DNA of 62,698 bases, counting the filler, from Pseudomonadota bacterium (lineage in GTDB: Bacteria; Desulfobacterota; Desulfobacteria; Desulfobacterales; JBDRRP01): the NCBI GenBank assembly GCA_043825735.1. It is 4 parts of 4 records of this genome, joined end to end, with 100 filler letters (N's around TTAATTAATTAA, not from the genome) between each part and the next. Parts side by side here need not be neighbours in the genome. Positions count along the whole stretch, not along the records: positions 1 to 24,252 come from JBDRRP010000059.1; 3 more parts are not named here. One strand, 5' to 3'. Made by a program: the position numbers and the translations under genes. Shown here piece by piece: positions 8,488 through 17,895 of the stretch (the stretch's first letter is position 1; every line of letters begins with the position of its first letter). The notes under the pieces are model-generated. The model was not told where the DNA came from, did no database searches, and was given only the letters and a program-made list of their open reading frames with translations.

Positions 8488-8559
8488 GTTTGCCATGTTC
8501 CTCTTTCAACCTGGTGCACCGCCAATTGCAGACTGATATGCGTAATGCACTGGTTTAAC
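8488..8559 (-). repeat. Conserved post-attC element, copy A
   Basis: GTTAAAC...CGCATATCAGTCTGCAATTGGCGGTGCACCAGGTTGAAAGAGGAACATGGCAAAC. Confidence 0.88.
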
Positions 8560-8612
8560 GCATTTCACAGTGGCAGCGGAACCGAGCTCGCTGAAGGCTG
8601 AATCGGTTATGA
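8553..8612 (-). other. Degenerate attC-like site (60 bp)
   Basis: TCATAAC at the stop codon and GTTAAAC 60 bp away; internal symmetry is weak. Confidence 0.45.
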
Positions 8613-9053
8613 TTTCTGCAATTTCAAAGTGACTGAATCGAGCAGGTATCTGGTCGGGATGATCGGAAAGCCCCCTTCTATTCCGGCCCTTAACCATTCT
8701 GAAATCTGGTCGACATATTTTTGATCTACGGCATAGAGCGACACCAGGAATAGATCAGACGCTCCGCCTTCATATATGTTTGTTCTGAACTGGACGTTTG
8801 GTTGGATCCACGGGAGTTTCGGCCAGCAGAGGCGGAGTTCTTCGACGTCGACCGCCATAATTACCTTGTACCCTTCCGGGATCCTGCTTGTCTTGCCGAC
8901 GATGGTGAAAGTGCGCGGGACAGATGTGCCGGCGGCTGGAGAGGTGATTTGCCCCCAAGGGGCATTTGGATCTTTTTTATCCGATAGCTTTGAATAGACA
9001 GCGGTACCGGTGCCCCTCAATGTTCTTAAATCCGAATTTGTTGATTTCGTCAA
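8607..9053 (-). CDS. Hypothetical protein with Ig-like strand pattern (possibly 5'-truncated)
   Basis: QITSPAAGTSVPRTFTIVG motif; TTG start uncertain. Confidence 0.55.
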   Translation of the reverse strand: MTKSTNSDLRTLRGTGTAVYSKLSDKKDPNAPWGQITSPAAGTSVPRTFTIVGKTSRIPEGYKVIMAVDVEELRLCWPKLPWIQPNVQFRTNIYEGGASDLFLVSLYAVDQKYVDQISEWLRAGIEGGFPIIPTRYLLDSVTLKLQKS

Positions 9054-9146
9054 TGACTAAAAGGAAGGCCGAAATTTAGAATTCAGTACGAAGTCATTTA
9101 CATAATATACTGGACCGGTTTCGGGACCCCAATGTTCCTGAGATAA

Positions 9147-9174
9147 CTGGATCCCGGCCATCGCCGGGATGACG
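9147..9174. repeat. REP-like palindrome
   Basis: CTGGATCCCGGCCATCGCCGGGATGACG; related copies near 16636, 25080, 51826-51893 and 56801. Confidence 0.75.
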
Positions 9175-9241
9175 GGACCTCTGGGCACAGCAACTCCAAC
9201 CGGATCGACCGGTTTAGTCGGCATCCTTCAGGCTTTAAAAC

Positions 9242-9282
9242 AAAACAGGCGTCTGCGCGGTGTTTGCGCAGACGCCTGTTTT
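9242..9282 (-). terminator. Intrinsic terminator after tRNA-Phe
   Basis: AAAACAGGCGTCTGCGC / GCGCAGACGCCTGTTTT hairpin. Confidence 0.85.
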
Positions 9283-9285
9283 AAC

Positions 9286-9361
9286 TGGTGCCGAGGGACA
9301 GAATCGAACTGCCGACACGGGGATTTTCAGTCCCCTGCTCTACCGACTGAGCTACCTCGGC
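9286..9361 (-). tRNA. tRNA-Phe(GAA)
   Basis: GCCGAGGTAGCTCAGTCGGTAGAGCAGGGGACTGAAAATCCCC...GTTCGATTC...CTCGGCACCA, 76 nt. Confidence 0.98.
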
Positions 9362-9432
9362 ACACAGTGTGTTCTCGAGCGCGGTTTCCCGTGCTCAAGA
9401 CGAAAGCGTATATATCGCCCCCCCGATTTTTG

Positions 9433-10194
9433 TCAAGGAGTTTTTGGCCGCCCGTCGGCCATGTCGCCGTAGCGGTATTGGACCAGTGCGCAGGCGGCAA
9501 GGGCTGCAGTCTCGGCACGCAGGATGCGGGGGCCCAGCGAAACGATGGCAAAACCGGCATCGGCCGCGCGCGCTGCCTCATGCTCGTTGAAACCGCCTTC
9601 GGGCCCCAGGACGGTGAAAACCGATAAGGGGCCGGCCTTCTCGCTGGCAGGCCGGCCCGGCAGGCCGGCATCGGCCTGCTCCCAGAAAAACAGCTTTAAC
9701 GAATAGCCTTCTGCCGCGGTAATCATATCAGCGAAACTCACCACGGAGCCGACCTGCGGCGGGCGACTGCGGCCGCATTGTTTCAGTGCCTCACGGGCAA
9801 TCTTTTCCCAGCGCTCGCCGTGGGCTCGGCGCTTTTTTTCATCCTGTATAGGGATGGACCGGTCCGCTTGAAACGGCACCCAGCGGGTCATGCCCAGTTC
9901 GGTCAAATGCCGGATCAGACCATCCATTTTCTTGTCTTTGAGAAGTCCCTGCGCTACGGCCAGATTCAGGGGCGATTCCAGAGAGGCGCTGAAACGCTTG
10001 ACCACCCGGACGCTGACGGCATCACCGGAAACGGCCGTGATCTTTGCCTCATGCTCTTCCCCGGTGCCGTCGAACAAAATCACATGATCGCCGGCCGTCA
10101 TTCGAAGCACATTTCGGATGTGCCTGGCATCATCGCCACGGATCTCCACATCCGCAGCGCTCATATTGGCTGGTTCTATATAAAACCGACGCAT
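9433..10194 (-). CDS. rsmE: 16S rRNA m3U1498 methyltransferase
   Basis: HIRNVLR, LTELGM, EALKQCGR, GPEGGF and LGPRILRAETA motifs. Confidence 0.95.
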   Translation of the reverse strand: MRRFYIEPANMSAADVEIRGDDARHIRNVLRMTAGDHVILFDGTGEEHEAKITAVSGDAVSVRVVKRFSASLESPLNLAVAQGLLKDKKMDGLIRHLTELGMTRWVPFQADRSIPIQDEKKRRAHGERWEKIAREALKQCGRSRPPQVGSVVSFADMITAAEGYSLKLFFWEQADAGLPGRPASEKAGPLSVFTVLGPEGGFNEHEAARAADAGFAIVSLGPRILRAETAALAACALVQYRYGDMADGRPKTP

Positions 10195-10209
10195 AGCGCC
10201 TCCTGAACA

Positions 10210-10352
10210 GGGACTGTTTCCAAATTGTCTGTTGGCCCGATCACGGGCGTTGGCCGTTCAGTTTCAATCCTCGGGATACTGGCGTATTGCTTCCGTTGAA
10301 ACCTGACGGCCGCCGTGACCTTTAACCAAAACCCCAATTTGGAAACAGCCCC
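10210..10352. repeat. MITE-like palindromic element
   Basis: Terminal inverted repeats GGGACTGTTTCCAAATT / AATTTGGAAACAGCCC. Confidence 0.65.
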
Positions 10353-10583
10353 TGAGGTCCATCCACAATATGGAAGAATGTGCCTCTCGGCCCTCAATAG
10401 CCGGCCCTGAATCCGATTTTCTATACGAATGTTCGGCCAAAGGCAACTGCCGCCGATAGGACAACGGACCGGGAAAAGCGCCTGCAAAGCGGCTCTGCAC
10501 TTGACACCGAAAAAGCACTTGTGCTAAATTCCCAGAGATTATAAAGGGTTGTTTACCCTTTCCCTTTTCAAATCAAACTCAGG

Positions 10584-11600
10584 ATGGCGAGCATCGATAT
10601 GGCTGGAAAAGATGGCATCATCGACCTCACCGACGAAGTTTCGGAGTCCGCACCGGAGGATGACGCGGTCATTGAATTGACCGACGCCTTGACTGATGGT
10701 GAAGACATCATCGATTTGACCGAACCGGTGGAAACCGATTCCGACGCTGATTCCGTCATCGATCTTACCGATGAAGTGGCGCGGGACGAGGAAGAAGTCA
10801 TCTCTCTTGTTGACGAGGTCGTCGAGGACGACATTATCGACCTCGCAGACGAAGCCGCCGAGGAAGACATCATCGATCTCGTGGACGAAACCGATGGCGC
10901 GGCGGTCGTCGATCTCTCTGAAGATATCATCGATCTCACTGAAACCGTCGTGGAAGCCCCGGTCGCTGCGGCCGCCCCCCTCGAAAACGAAGTCCTCGAT
11001 ACCGAAGCTGTGCCTCCGACCGCAATTGCGGATGATGAGATGCAGCCCGATGCCGCGGAAGACATGGCCGGGGCTGATGACGCCGCCGGCATTTCGGAGC
11101 CCCCCATGGAACCTATCGACATCACTCCGGAACAATCCACGCCAGAAAACGAGCCGCCTCCCGCACCCGAAGTCGCAAGCAGCAAGTCAGAACCTGACTT
11201 GGGAGAAGTGGTCTATTTCGACGATGAACTGGAGCAATCGCTGGAAGAAGAGCCGGAAGACGATTTTGTGGAATCTCTGGGCATGGTCATCGAGGATAGC
11301 TCCGGCGAAGATAGTGGTGAAAATGACTTCGAGTCCGATGCCATGGCCGCCGAGATTATTGAAACGGCACCCGAACCGACGCCCCCGCCGGCCGCCCCTG
11401 AATCACCCGCCGAAGCTGAGATCACCGCTGCGCCGCCCTTGACGATTCCGGAAGATCAATTGGCGAGCGCTCTCGAAAAAGCCATCGGAAAGGCCGTATC
11501 CGGGAAGATCGAGGCCATTTTGATCCAAGTGGTGGAAAAAGCCGTTACCCGGGAAATCGAAAAGATCAAAAAAGCCATGCTGGACGATATGGCTGACTGA
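10584..11600 (+). CDS. Highly acidic disordered protein with (D/E)IIDL(T/S)D repeats and helical C-terminus (PopZ/RomR-C-like)
   Basis: About 9 IIDLTD-type repeats, Pro/Glu/Asp-rich linker, C-terminal VVEKAVTREIEKIK; candidate TTGACA promoter at 10501; lies directly upstream of valS. Confidence 0.75.
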   Translation: MASIDMAGKDGIIDLTDEVSESAPEDDAVIELTDALTDGEDIIDLTEPVETDSDADSVIDLTDEVARDEEEVISLVDEVVEDDIIDLADEAAEEDIIDLVDETDGAAVVDLSEDIIDLTETVVEAPVAAAAPLENEVLDTEAVPPTAIADDEMQPDAAEDMAGADDAAGISEPPMEPIDITPEQSTPENEPPPAPEVASSKSEPDLGEVVYFDDELEQSLEEEPEDDFVESLGMVIEDSSGEDSGENDFESDAMAAEIIETAPEPTPPPAAPESPAEAEITAAPPLTIPEDQLASALEKAIGKAVSGKIEAILIQVVEKAVTREIEKIKKAMLDDMAD

Positions 11601-11890
11601 CCACGGAAGAACCGCCCCACTTGAGTTAACTTTCGGGGAGCCTGCACGGCTCCCCGTCTTTATTTTCCGCAGCACCCTCCCCCCGCCTGGGGCGTACCCC
11701 GCTCTCGTCACCCGCCCAGGCATGAAACTCTCGATGACTTGGATTTAGTGCATAACCAGATTAGGGTTTTTATGAAGTCGTCACGCTTGCTTTACGGCAC
11801 TGGTGAAATGCTATATGGTACCCATTTACAAAATAGGGCCCGCATCCGGCGGCCAGCCTGCTGATCATAGGACACGAAGGAGCGATAACA

Positions 11891-14545
11891 ATGTGCGCGG
11901 ATATACTCGACAAGGGATATGAACCGGCTGAAGTGGAAAAACGCTGGTATGAATTCTGGCAGCGTGAAGGGCTCTTTCATGCAGACGACACCGGCGATGC
12001 CCCGGCTTATGCCATTGTTATCCCGCCGCCCAATGTCACCGGCGTCCTGCACATGGGCCATGCCCTGAACAATACCCTTCAGGACATTTTATGCCGATAC
12101 CGGCGGCTCAAGGGCGATAACGTGTTGTGGATGCCGGGCACCGACCATGCCGGCATCGCCACTCAAAACGTGGTGGAACGTCAACTTGCCGCTGAAGGCC
12201 TGACCCGTGACGAAGTCGGCCGGGAAAAATTCATCGAACGCGTGTGGGAGTGGAAGCACCAGTCGGGCAGCGCCATCATCAATCAGCTCAAACGCCTTGG
12301 CGCCTCCTGCGACTGGGACCGCGAACGCTTCACCATGGATGCCGGCCTTTCCACCGCCGTGCGTAAAGTGTTCGTGGACCTCTTTGACGCCGGCCTCATC
12401 TACCAGGGCAACTACATCATCAACTGGTGCCACCGGTGCCACACCGCCCTGGCCGATCTGGAAGTCGAGCATGAGGAAAAAGACGGCGCGCTCTACCACA
12501 TCCGCTATCCGTTTGCCGATGGCGCGGGCGGCATCGTCGTGGCGACGACCCGACCCGAGACCATGCTGGGCGATACGGCAGTGGCCGTCCATCCAGACGA
12601 TGCACGCTACAGCGATGCGCCTTCCAATGAAGTGGTGCTGCCGCTCATGGACCGGCGCATCCCCATCATCCGGGATACCTATGTGGACATGAGCTTCGGA
12701 ACAGGCGGACTCAAAGTCACCCCTGCGCACGACCCCAACGATTTCGAGATCGGGCGGCGCCACCATCTGCCCGAGCTGAAGGTCATCGGCGATGACGGCC
12801 TGATGAGCGCCGAGGCCGGCCGGTTCGCCGGCATGGACCGCATCGAATGCCGCAAAGCCGTTGTGGAGGCCCTTAAAGCCGGCGGCTACCTGGTCAAGAT
12901 CGAACCCTACAAGCACAGCGTCGGGCACTGCTACCGCTGCAAGGAAGTGGTGGAGCCGAACCTGTCCAAGCAATGGTTTGTAAAAGCAAAACCGTTGGCC
13001 GATCAGGCCATGGCCGCCGTGAAAGACGGCAAGACCCGCATCATCCCCGAAATGTGGGCGAAAACCTATTTCGAATGGCTGGAAAACATCCGCGACTGGT
13101 GCATTTCCCGCCAGATCTGGTGGGGCCATCAAATCCCGGCGTGGACGTGCGCGGGCTGTGAGAAGATGGTGGTGGCCATGGAGGCCCCCGTGAGTTGCCC
13201 GCAGTGCGGCAGCAGCGAAATGATCCAGGATACCGACGTTCTGGACACCTGGTTTTCTTCCGCCCTGTGGCCCTTTTCCACCATGGGCTGGCCGGAAAAA
13301 ACCCCGCTGTTGAAGACGTTTTACCCCACTACCTGCCTGATCACCGGCTTTGACATCCTCTTTTTCTGGGTGGCACGCATGATGATGATGGGCATCCAGT
13401 TCATGGGGGATGTGCCCTTCAAGGACGTGTACGTCCATGCCCTGGTGCGCGACGAGGAAGGCAAGAAGATGAGCAAATCCAAGGGGAACGTCATCGACCC
13501 CCTGGTTGTCATCGACCAATACGGCACCGACGCCTTCCGCTTCACCCTGACTGCCTTTGCGGCCATGGGACGCGACGTGAAAATGAGCGAAAAACGGGTG
13601 GAAGGCTACCGCAACTTTGTCAACAAGCTGTGGAACGCGGCCCGGTTCTCGCTCATGCACCTCTCCGAGCCCGGTGGCGACATTGCCGCTGCCGCCGCCC
13701 TGTCGCTGCCCGACCGGTGGATCCTCTCGCGGCTGAGGCAGGTCATCGATGCGGTCGATTCGACGCTGACGGCTTACAAATTCAATGAAGCCGCCGCCAC
13801 CCTGTACAGCTTCGTCTGGCACGAATTCTGCGACTGGTATCTGGAAGCCATCAAGCCGGCCCTCTACAGCGAGGAAAGCGCCCAGCGTCAGTCCACCCGC
13901 AACGTTCTGTGGCGGGTGCTCCGGGACAGCCTCATTTTGCTTCACCCTATCATGCCGTTCGTGACCGAGGAGATCTGGCACAAACTGCCCGGAACCGAGG
14001 GCTCCATCATGCGCACCCGGTTTCCTGAAATCGGCGACGCCGTGACGGCGGACCCGGCGTCCGAAGCAGACATGCAGCTGGTCATCGACCTTATCACCGC
14101 GGTGAGAAACATCCGCGGCGAGATGAACCTACCACCGGGCCGCGCGCTCAATGTCCGGTTGCAGTCTCCCGATGCCGGTCAGCGAGAAACCGTCGCGCGT
14201 CACGCAGCGCTCATTCGAAACCTGGCAAAAATCGACGGCTTTCAGATCGAAGCGCCCGGTGAGAAGCCAAAATCCGCCGCCGCTGCCATCGTAGCCGGCG
14301 CCACCCTTCTGGTCGATCTTCACGGCATCATCGACTTTGATATGGAAGCCGCGCGTCTGGAAAAAGAAATCGCCAAGATCGAAAAAGAACTGGGCGGGCT
14401 GGACAAGAAACTCGCCAACCCGGGCTTTCTCGGAAAGGCCCCTGACGATGTGGTAACCGGGGTGCGCGAAAAACACACCGCGCTCGATGAAAAACGCACC
14501 AAGCTGCAGCACAATCTGGACATGATCCGCGACATGGCCAACTGA
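11891..14545 (+). CDS. valS: Valine--tRNA ligase
   Basis: PPPNVTGVLHMGH and KMSKS motifs, C-terminal coiled coil. Confidence 0.99.
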   Translation: MCADILDKGYEPAEVEKRWYEFWQREGLFHADDTGDAPAYAIVIPPPNVTGVLHMGHALNNTLQDILCRYRRLKGDNVLWMPGTDHAGIATQNVVERQLAAEGLTRDEVGREKFIERVWEWKHQSGSAIINQLKRLGASCDWDRERFTMDAGLSTAVRKVFVDLFDAGLIYQGNYIINWCHRCHTALADLEVEHEEKDGALYHIRYPFADGAGGIVVATTRPETMLGDTAVAVHPDDARYSDAPSNEVVLPLMDRRIPIIRDTYVDMSFGTGGLKVTPAHDPNDFEIGRRHHLPELKVIGDDGLMSAEAGRFAGMDRIECRKAVVEALKAGGYLVKIEPYKHSVGHCYRCKEVVEPNLSKQWFVKAKPLADQAMAAVKDGKTRIIPEMWAKTYFEWLENIRDWCISRQIWWGHQIPAWTCAGCEKMVVAMEAPVSCPQCGSSEMIQDTDVLDTWFSSALWPFSTMGWPEKTPLLKTFYPTTCLITGFDILFFWVARMMMMGIQFMGDVPFKDVYVHALVRDEEGKKMSKSKGNVIDPLVVIDQYGTDAFRFTLTAFAAMGRDVKMSEKRVEGYRNFVNKLWNAARFSLMHLSEPGGDIAAAAALSLPDRWILSRLRQVIDAVDSTLTAYKFNEAAATLYSFVWHEFCDWYLEAIKPALYSEESAQRQSTRNVLWRVLRDSLILLHPIMPFVTEEIWHKLPGTEGSIMRTRFPEIGDAVTADPASEADMQLVIDLITAVRNIRGEMNLPPGRALNVRLQSPDAGQRETVARHAALIRNLAKIDGFQIEAPGEKPKSAAAAIVAGATLLVDLHGIIDFDMEAARLEKEIAKIEKELGGLDKKLANPGFLGKAPDDVVTGVREKHTALDEKRTKLQHNLDMIRDMAN

Positions 14546-14592
14546 TCCAGCGCCGGCACCAGGCACTGCCGGAGCCGGATAAAAGGAGCACC

Positions 14593-15447
14593 ATGAATCC
14601 AGAAGACGGCCTGATCACGCTGGCGCTGGCCGAAGACATCGGCACCGGCGATATCACCACCGACGCCCTCATCGCCAAAGAGCAAACGGGCCGGGGCGTC
14701 ATCGTGGCCAAGGAAGACCTGATCGTGTGCGGGATAGAAACTGTCCGGCGCGTCTTTCATGCCGTCGATCCGGATATCCGCATCGACGGCGCCTGCCGCG
14801 ATGGGGACCGGATCGCTGCCGGCGCCACCGTAATGAGTGCGTCCGGCCGCATGGGGTCACTGCTTAAAGCCGAGCGCACCGCGCTGAACTTCCTCCAGCG
14901 CCTGTCCGGGATCGCCACACATGTGCGCACTTATGTGGATGCCCTGCCGGGGGAAACCAGCACCCGGCTGGTGGACACCCGCAAAACGACACCCGGGTGG
15001 CGCGCCCTTGAAAAATACGCGGTCCGCATCGGCGGTGCGGCCAACCACCGGATGGGTCTCTACGACGGCGTGCTTATCAAAGACAATCACATTGCCGCCT
15101 GCGGGGGCGTCGCCGACGCGGTGGCCCGCGCGCGCAGCGGCGTTCACCATCTGGTCAAGGTGGAAGTGGAGGTGAGTGACTTCGCGCAATTGGCCCAGGC
15201 ACTTGACGCCGGCGCCGACGTCATCATGCTGGACAACATGCCCATTGCGGACGTCAGAGAGGCTGTCAGGCGCATTGGCGGCAGGGCACTGTCGGAAGTT
15301 TCCGGCAATGTGTCCTTGAAAAATCTGTCAGCGCTGGCCGCCACCGGAGTGGACATCATATCGGTGGGCGCACTGACGCACCAGGCCCGATCGGTGGACT
15401 TGAGCATGCGCATCGCCGCTGCCGACCAAAATTTGACAAACTCGTAA
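14593..15447 (+). CDS. nadC: Nicotinate-nucleotide diphosphorylase (carboxylating)
   Basis: DTRKTTPG, NHRMGL, IKDNH, MLDN motifs. Confidence 0.97.
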   Translation: MNPEDGLITLALAEDIGTGDITTDALIAKEQTGRGVIVAKEDLIVCGIETVRRVFHAVDPDIRIDGACRDGDRIAAGATVMSASGRMGSLLKAERTALNFLQRLSGIATHVRTYVDALPGETSTRLVDTRKTTPGWRALEKYAVRIGGAANHRMGLYDGVLIKDNHIAACGGVADAVARARSGVHHLVKVEVEVSDFAQLAQALDAGADVIMLDNMPIADVREAVRRIGGRALSEVSGNVSLKNLSALAATGVDIISVGALTHQARSVDLSMRIAAADQNLTNS

Positions 15448-15565
15448 AAAGTCTGAATTCACCACAGAGGACGCAGAGAGCGCAGAGATAACTAATTATT
15501 CATAATATTCTCTGCGGTCCTCTGCGCTCTCTGTGGTTCGAAATAATTTTCTACGGTTTCATCAA
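15432..15565. repeat. MITE-like element (GTAAAAAGT shell, CACAGAG-type core)
   Basis: TTTGACAAACTCGTAAAAAGTC...CACAGAGGACGCAGAG / CTCTGCG..CTCTGTG...TACGGTTTCATCAA; contains the nadC stop codon. Confidence 0.8.
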
Positions 15566-15594
15566 CACTTGAACCTTTAACATACTTACCCCCC

Positions 15595-16572
15595 ATGTTC
15601 CCCATACGCGATACCGTTCCTTCCCGTAACTACCCCATCGTCACCATGGCGTTGATTGCCGTCAACGTCTCGGTATTCCTCTACCAGTTGGCCCTGGGGC
15701 CGAATCTGGACAAGTTCATTTACATCTTCGGTCTGGTCCCGGCGCGCTATTCGGTGGACTATTACGCCCACTACTCCTCCACAGGCCAGCAGGTGTTTTC
15801 CTTTGTTTCCTTCATGTTCCTCCACGGCGGATTCATGCACCTCATCGGAAACATGTGGGTGCTCTACATCTTCGGCGACAACGTTGAAGACCACCTCGGC
15901 GCGCTGCGCTATTTGGAGTTCTATCTGCTTTGCGGGATCGCACCCGGGGTGAGCCACCTGCTGCTCAACACCGGCTCCAACATCCCCACGATCGGCGCCA
16001 GCGGCGCCATTGCCGGGGTCATGGGGGCCTACTTTCTGCTTCATCCCCGCTCTAAGATTTTGACCCTCATCCCGATTATCTTCATCCCCTGGTTCGTTGA
16101 GATCCCGGCCTTTTTCTTCCTGGGGTTCTGGTTTGTCCTTCAATTTTTCAATGCCGCGGGAAGCGGCGGCGGGGGCGTGGCATGGTGGGCCCATGTGGGC
16201 GGGTTTCTCTTCGGAATGGTGTTTCTCAAGGCATTCGACCTGCTGCCGAAAACATCCCTGTCTGACGGCATTCGGAGGGCGACCGAAAAACGACGCACCA
16301 GCCGGATCCAGGTCATGCGGCCGCAGGGCCCTTCAGAAGATTTCAACCTCTATGGTGTTGTCGATGTCACCCCTTACGAGTCGCTCACCGGCACGCGGAA
16401 ACTGATCAGCGTACCCTGGGGATTTCAGCAGAAGATGGTCCGCGTCACCGTACCGCCAGCGGTTGTCGAAGGCACCAAACTGCGCCTCCAGAACCTGGGG
16501 AAACCCACCCCCGACGGTCACCGCGGGGATCTTTTTCTCAAGGTCCGCATCATCTCGCCGCGGTCTCGGTGA
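15595..16572 (+). CDS. Rhomboid intramembrane serine protease with C-terminal DnaJ_C-like domain
   Basis: HGGFMHLIGN, GASG and AHVGG motifs; tail VTVPP...KLRLQNLG...GDLFLKV. Confidence 0.9.
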   Translation: MFPIRDTVPSRNYPIVTMALIAVNVSVFLYQLALGPNLDKFIYIFGLVPARYSVDYYAHYSSTGQQVFSFVSFMFLHGGFMHLIGNMWVLYIFGDNVEDHLGALRYLEFYLLCGIAPGVSHLLLNTGSNIPTIGASGAIAGVMGAYFLLHPRSKILTLIPIIFIPWFVEIPAFFFLGFWFVLQFFNAAGSGGGGVAWWAHVGGFLFGMVFLKAFDLLPKTSLSDGIRRATEKRRTSRIQVMRPQGPSEDFNLYGVVDVTPYESLTGTRKLISVPWGFQQKMVRVTVPPAVVEGTKLRLQNLGKPTPDGHRGDLFLKVRIISPRSR

Positions 16573-16599
16573 CCCCGGCGTATCGAACCGACCACTATA

Positions 16600-16883
16600 T
16601 ATAAAACCGTATAAAGTCGAATTTTTCCTTCTTTCGTCATCCCAGACGAGTGAAACGAAATCCGGGATCCAGTGATTTCAAGCACTTCCGGACCCCGCCC
16701 TCCGCCGGGGTGACGGACTTTGGGACTTTTTACAAGGGCATCAACTTTGATGGATCCGTAAAAAGTGATTTTGAACCACAGAGGACGCAGAGAACCGCAG
16801 AGAATATGATTAATATTCAGTCAGATATCTCTGCGCTCTCTGCGTCCTCTGTGGTTATTTCGGACTTTTTACATGGCCATCAA
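16600..16883. repeat. Two tandem MITE-like elements (REP core and CACAGAG core)
   Basis: Each ends GACTTTTTACnnnnCATCAA; they join at CATCAACTTTGATG (about 16739-16752). Confidence 0.8.
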
Positions 16884-16983
16884 CTTTGATTGCAGCGGTT
16901 TTCAGGCTCGCCTTCTTCTGCGTCCCTGCGGCTCTGCGCAAGAACGGGTTTTCGGTCCTTTTGAGGGAACGCTCCGAGGCAGA

Positions 16984-17895
16984 TTACTTCAGGGTGAGCT
17001 TGTAGCTTTTAACCATATCGGCGGGATGGTAGGATTTTTTGGCTTTGGCAAGGCCGGGGATGCTCATATCGCTTTCCTTGTTGATGAAGGCGAAATTGCC
17101 GAACAGCTGCCGGGCGCAGAGGCTGTCCAGGTACTGATAGAGGCCCTTGGTTTCGGGGTAGGCTTTTTCAAAATGCAGCACGCCCATGGATTCGGTGAGG
17201 CGGGCCCCGATCCCGAACGCGCTGACCTCGCCATCGATGCGGATCACCACCCCCCGGATGTCAAAAATGCGCAGGTGCTTTAAGGTATTGAGAACAGCGA
17301 TCTTCTCGCAAGCCAGATCGTTTTCGGTATCCATGCCGCAGCTCATGATCTCGCACCATCGCTCGAGAAACACGGCGCATTCTTCGGTATTGGCCTCGGT
17401 CAGGGGCTCTACGAGCGCACGCCCGGTGTCCACATAGCTCGCAGTGAACTGGTTGATCAGGTTTCGCTTCTTCGCGTAGCGGTTTCCCTTGAGATCGGCC
17501 AGATCGCCGGTCCGGTAGACATAGTCGTCCCACCCTTTCTGGGGCGCCACGCGGAAAACCCGCCGGACCGCATCTTTTCCCCACGTGTCCAGGTAGCATT
17601 CCGGTACAAACCAGTATTGGTCGTAACCGCTGCGCGCCGCCATTTGAGCCAGCTCTTCGGGGGCGTGGCCCCGGCGGGAAGACACCGGCAGAATCAGATG
17701 GCGCTTGTCCGGATCGTTTTCATAATCGGCACCGATCAACACCGTGTCACCGTCGGCATAGGCCTGGGGTCGGTATTTGTCGTTTTGCCAGACGATAATG
17801 GCCACCAGCGAATAGCAGCAAAGACGATACGGCTGATTCTGAAAATAGGGCTGAAGGCGGTGGTAGTCGTCCACCGTGATGGGTGTCAAATTCAT
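16984..17895 (-). CDS. DUF2156 / phosphatidylglycerol lysyltransferase-domain protein
   Basis: LKGNRYAKKRN, HFEKA, INKESDMSIPGLAKAKKSYHP motifs. Confidence 0.9.
   Translation of the reverse strand: MNLTPITVDDYHRLQPYFQNQPYRLCCYSLVAIIVWQNDKYRPQAYADGDTVLIGADYENDPDKRHLILPVSSRRGHAPEELAQMAARSGYDQYWFVPECYLDTWGKDAVRRVFRVAPQKGWDDYVYRTGDLADLKGNRYAKKRNLINQFTASYVDTGRALVEPLTEANTEECAVFLERWCEIMSCGMDTENDLACEKIAVLNTLKHLRIFDIRGVVIRIDGEVSAFGIGARLTESMGVLHFEKAYPETKGLYQYLDSLCARQLFGNFAFINKESDMSIPGLAKAKKSYHPADMVKSYKLTLK

Noticed and set aside
2304..8559. Conserved repeated element as CRISPR repeats or DGR template/variable repeats
   Set aside because: Copies are kilobases apart and separated by genes, differences are not confined to adenines, and there is no reverse transcriptase.
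9054..9285. Integrase or tRNA-Phe att duplication defining the island
   Set aside because: No integrase ORF here, and I saw no duplicate of the tRNA-Phe 3' end in 1-9285; tRNA-targeted integration is unsupported within this window.
12089..13981. 630-aa antisense ORF (and similar long shadow ORFs such as 10568-11185, 21829-22875, 34426-35526, 46618-47580)
   Set aside because: They lie opposite well-supported genes in GC-rich DNA and have no recognisable motifs.
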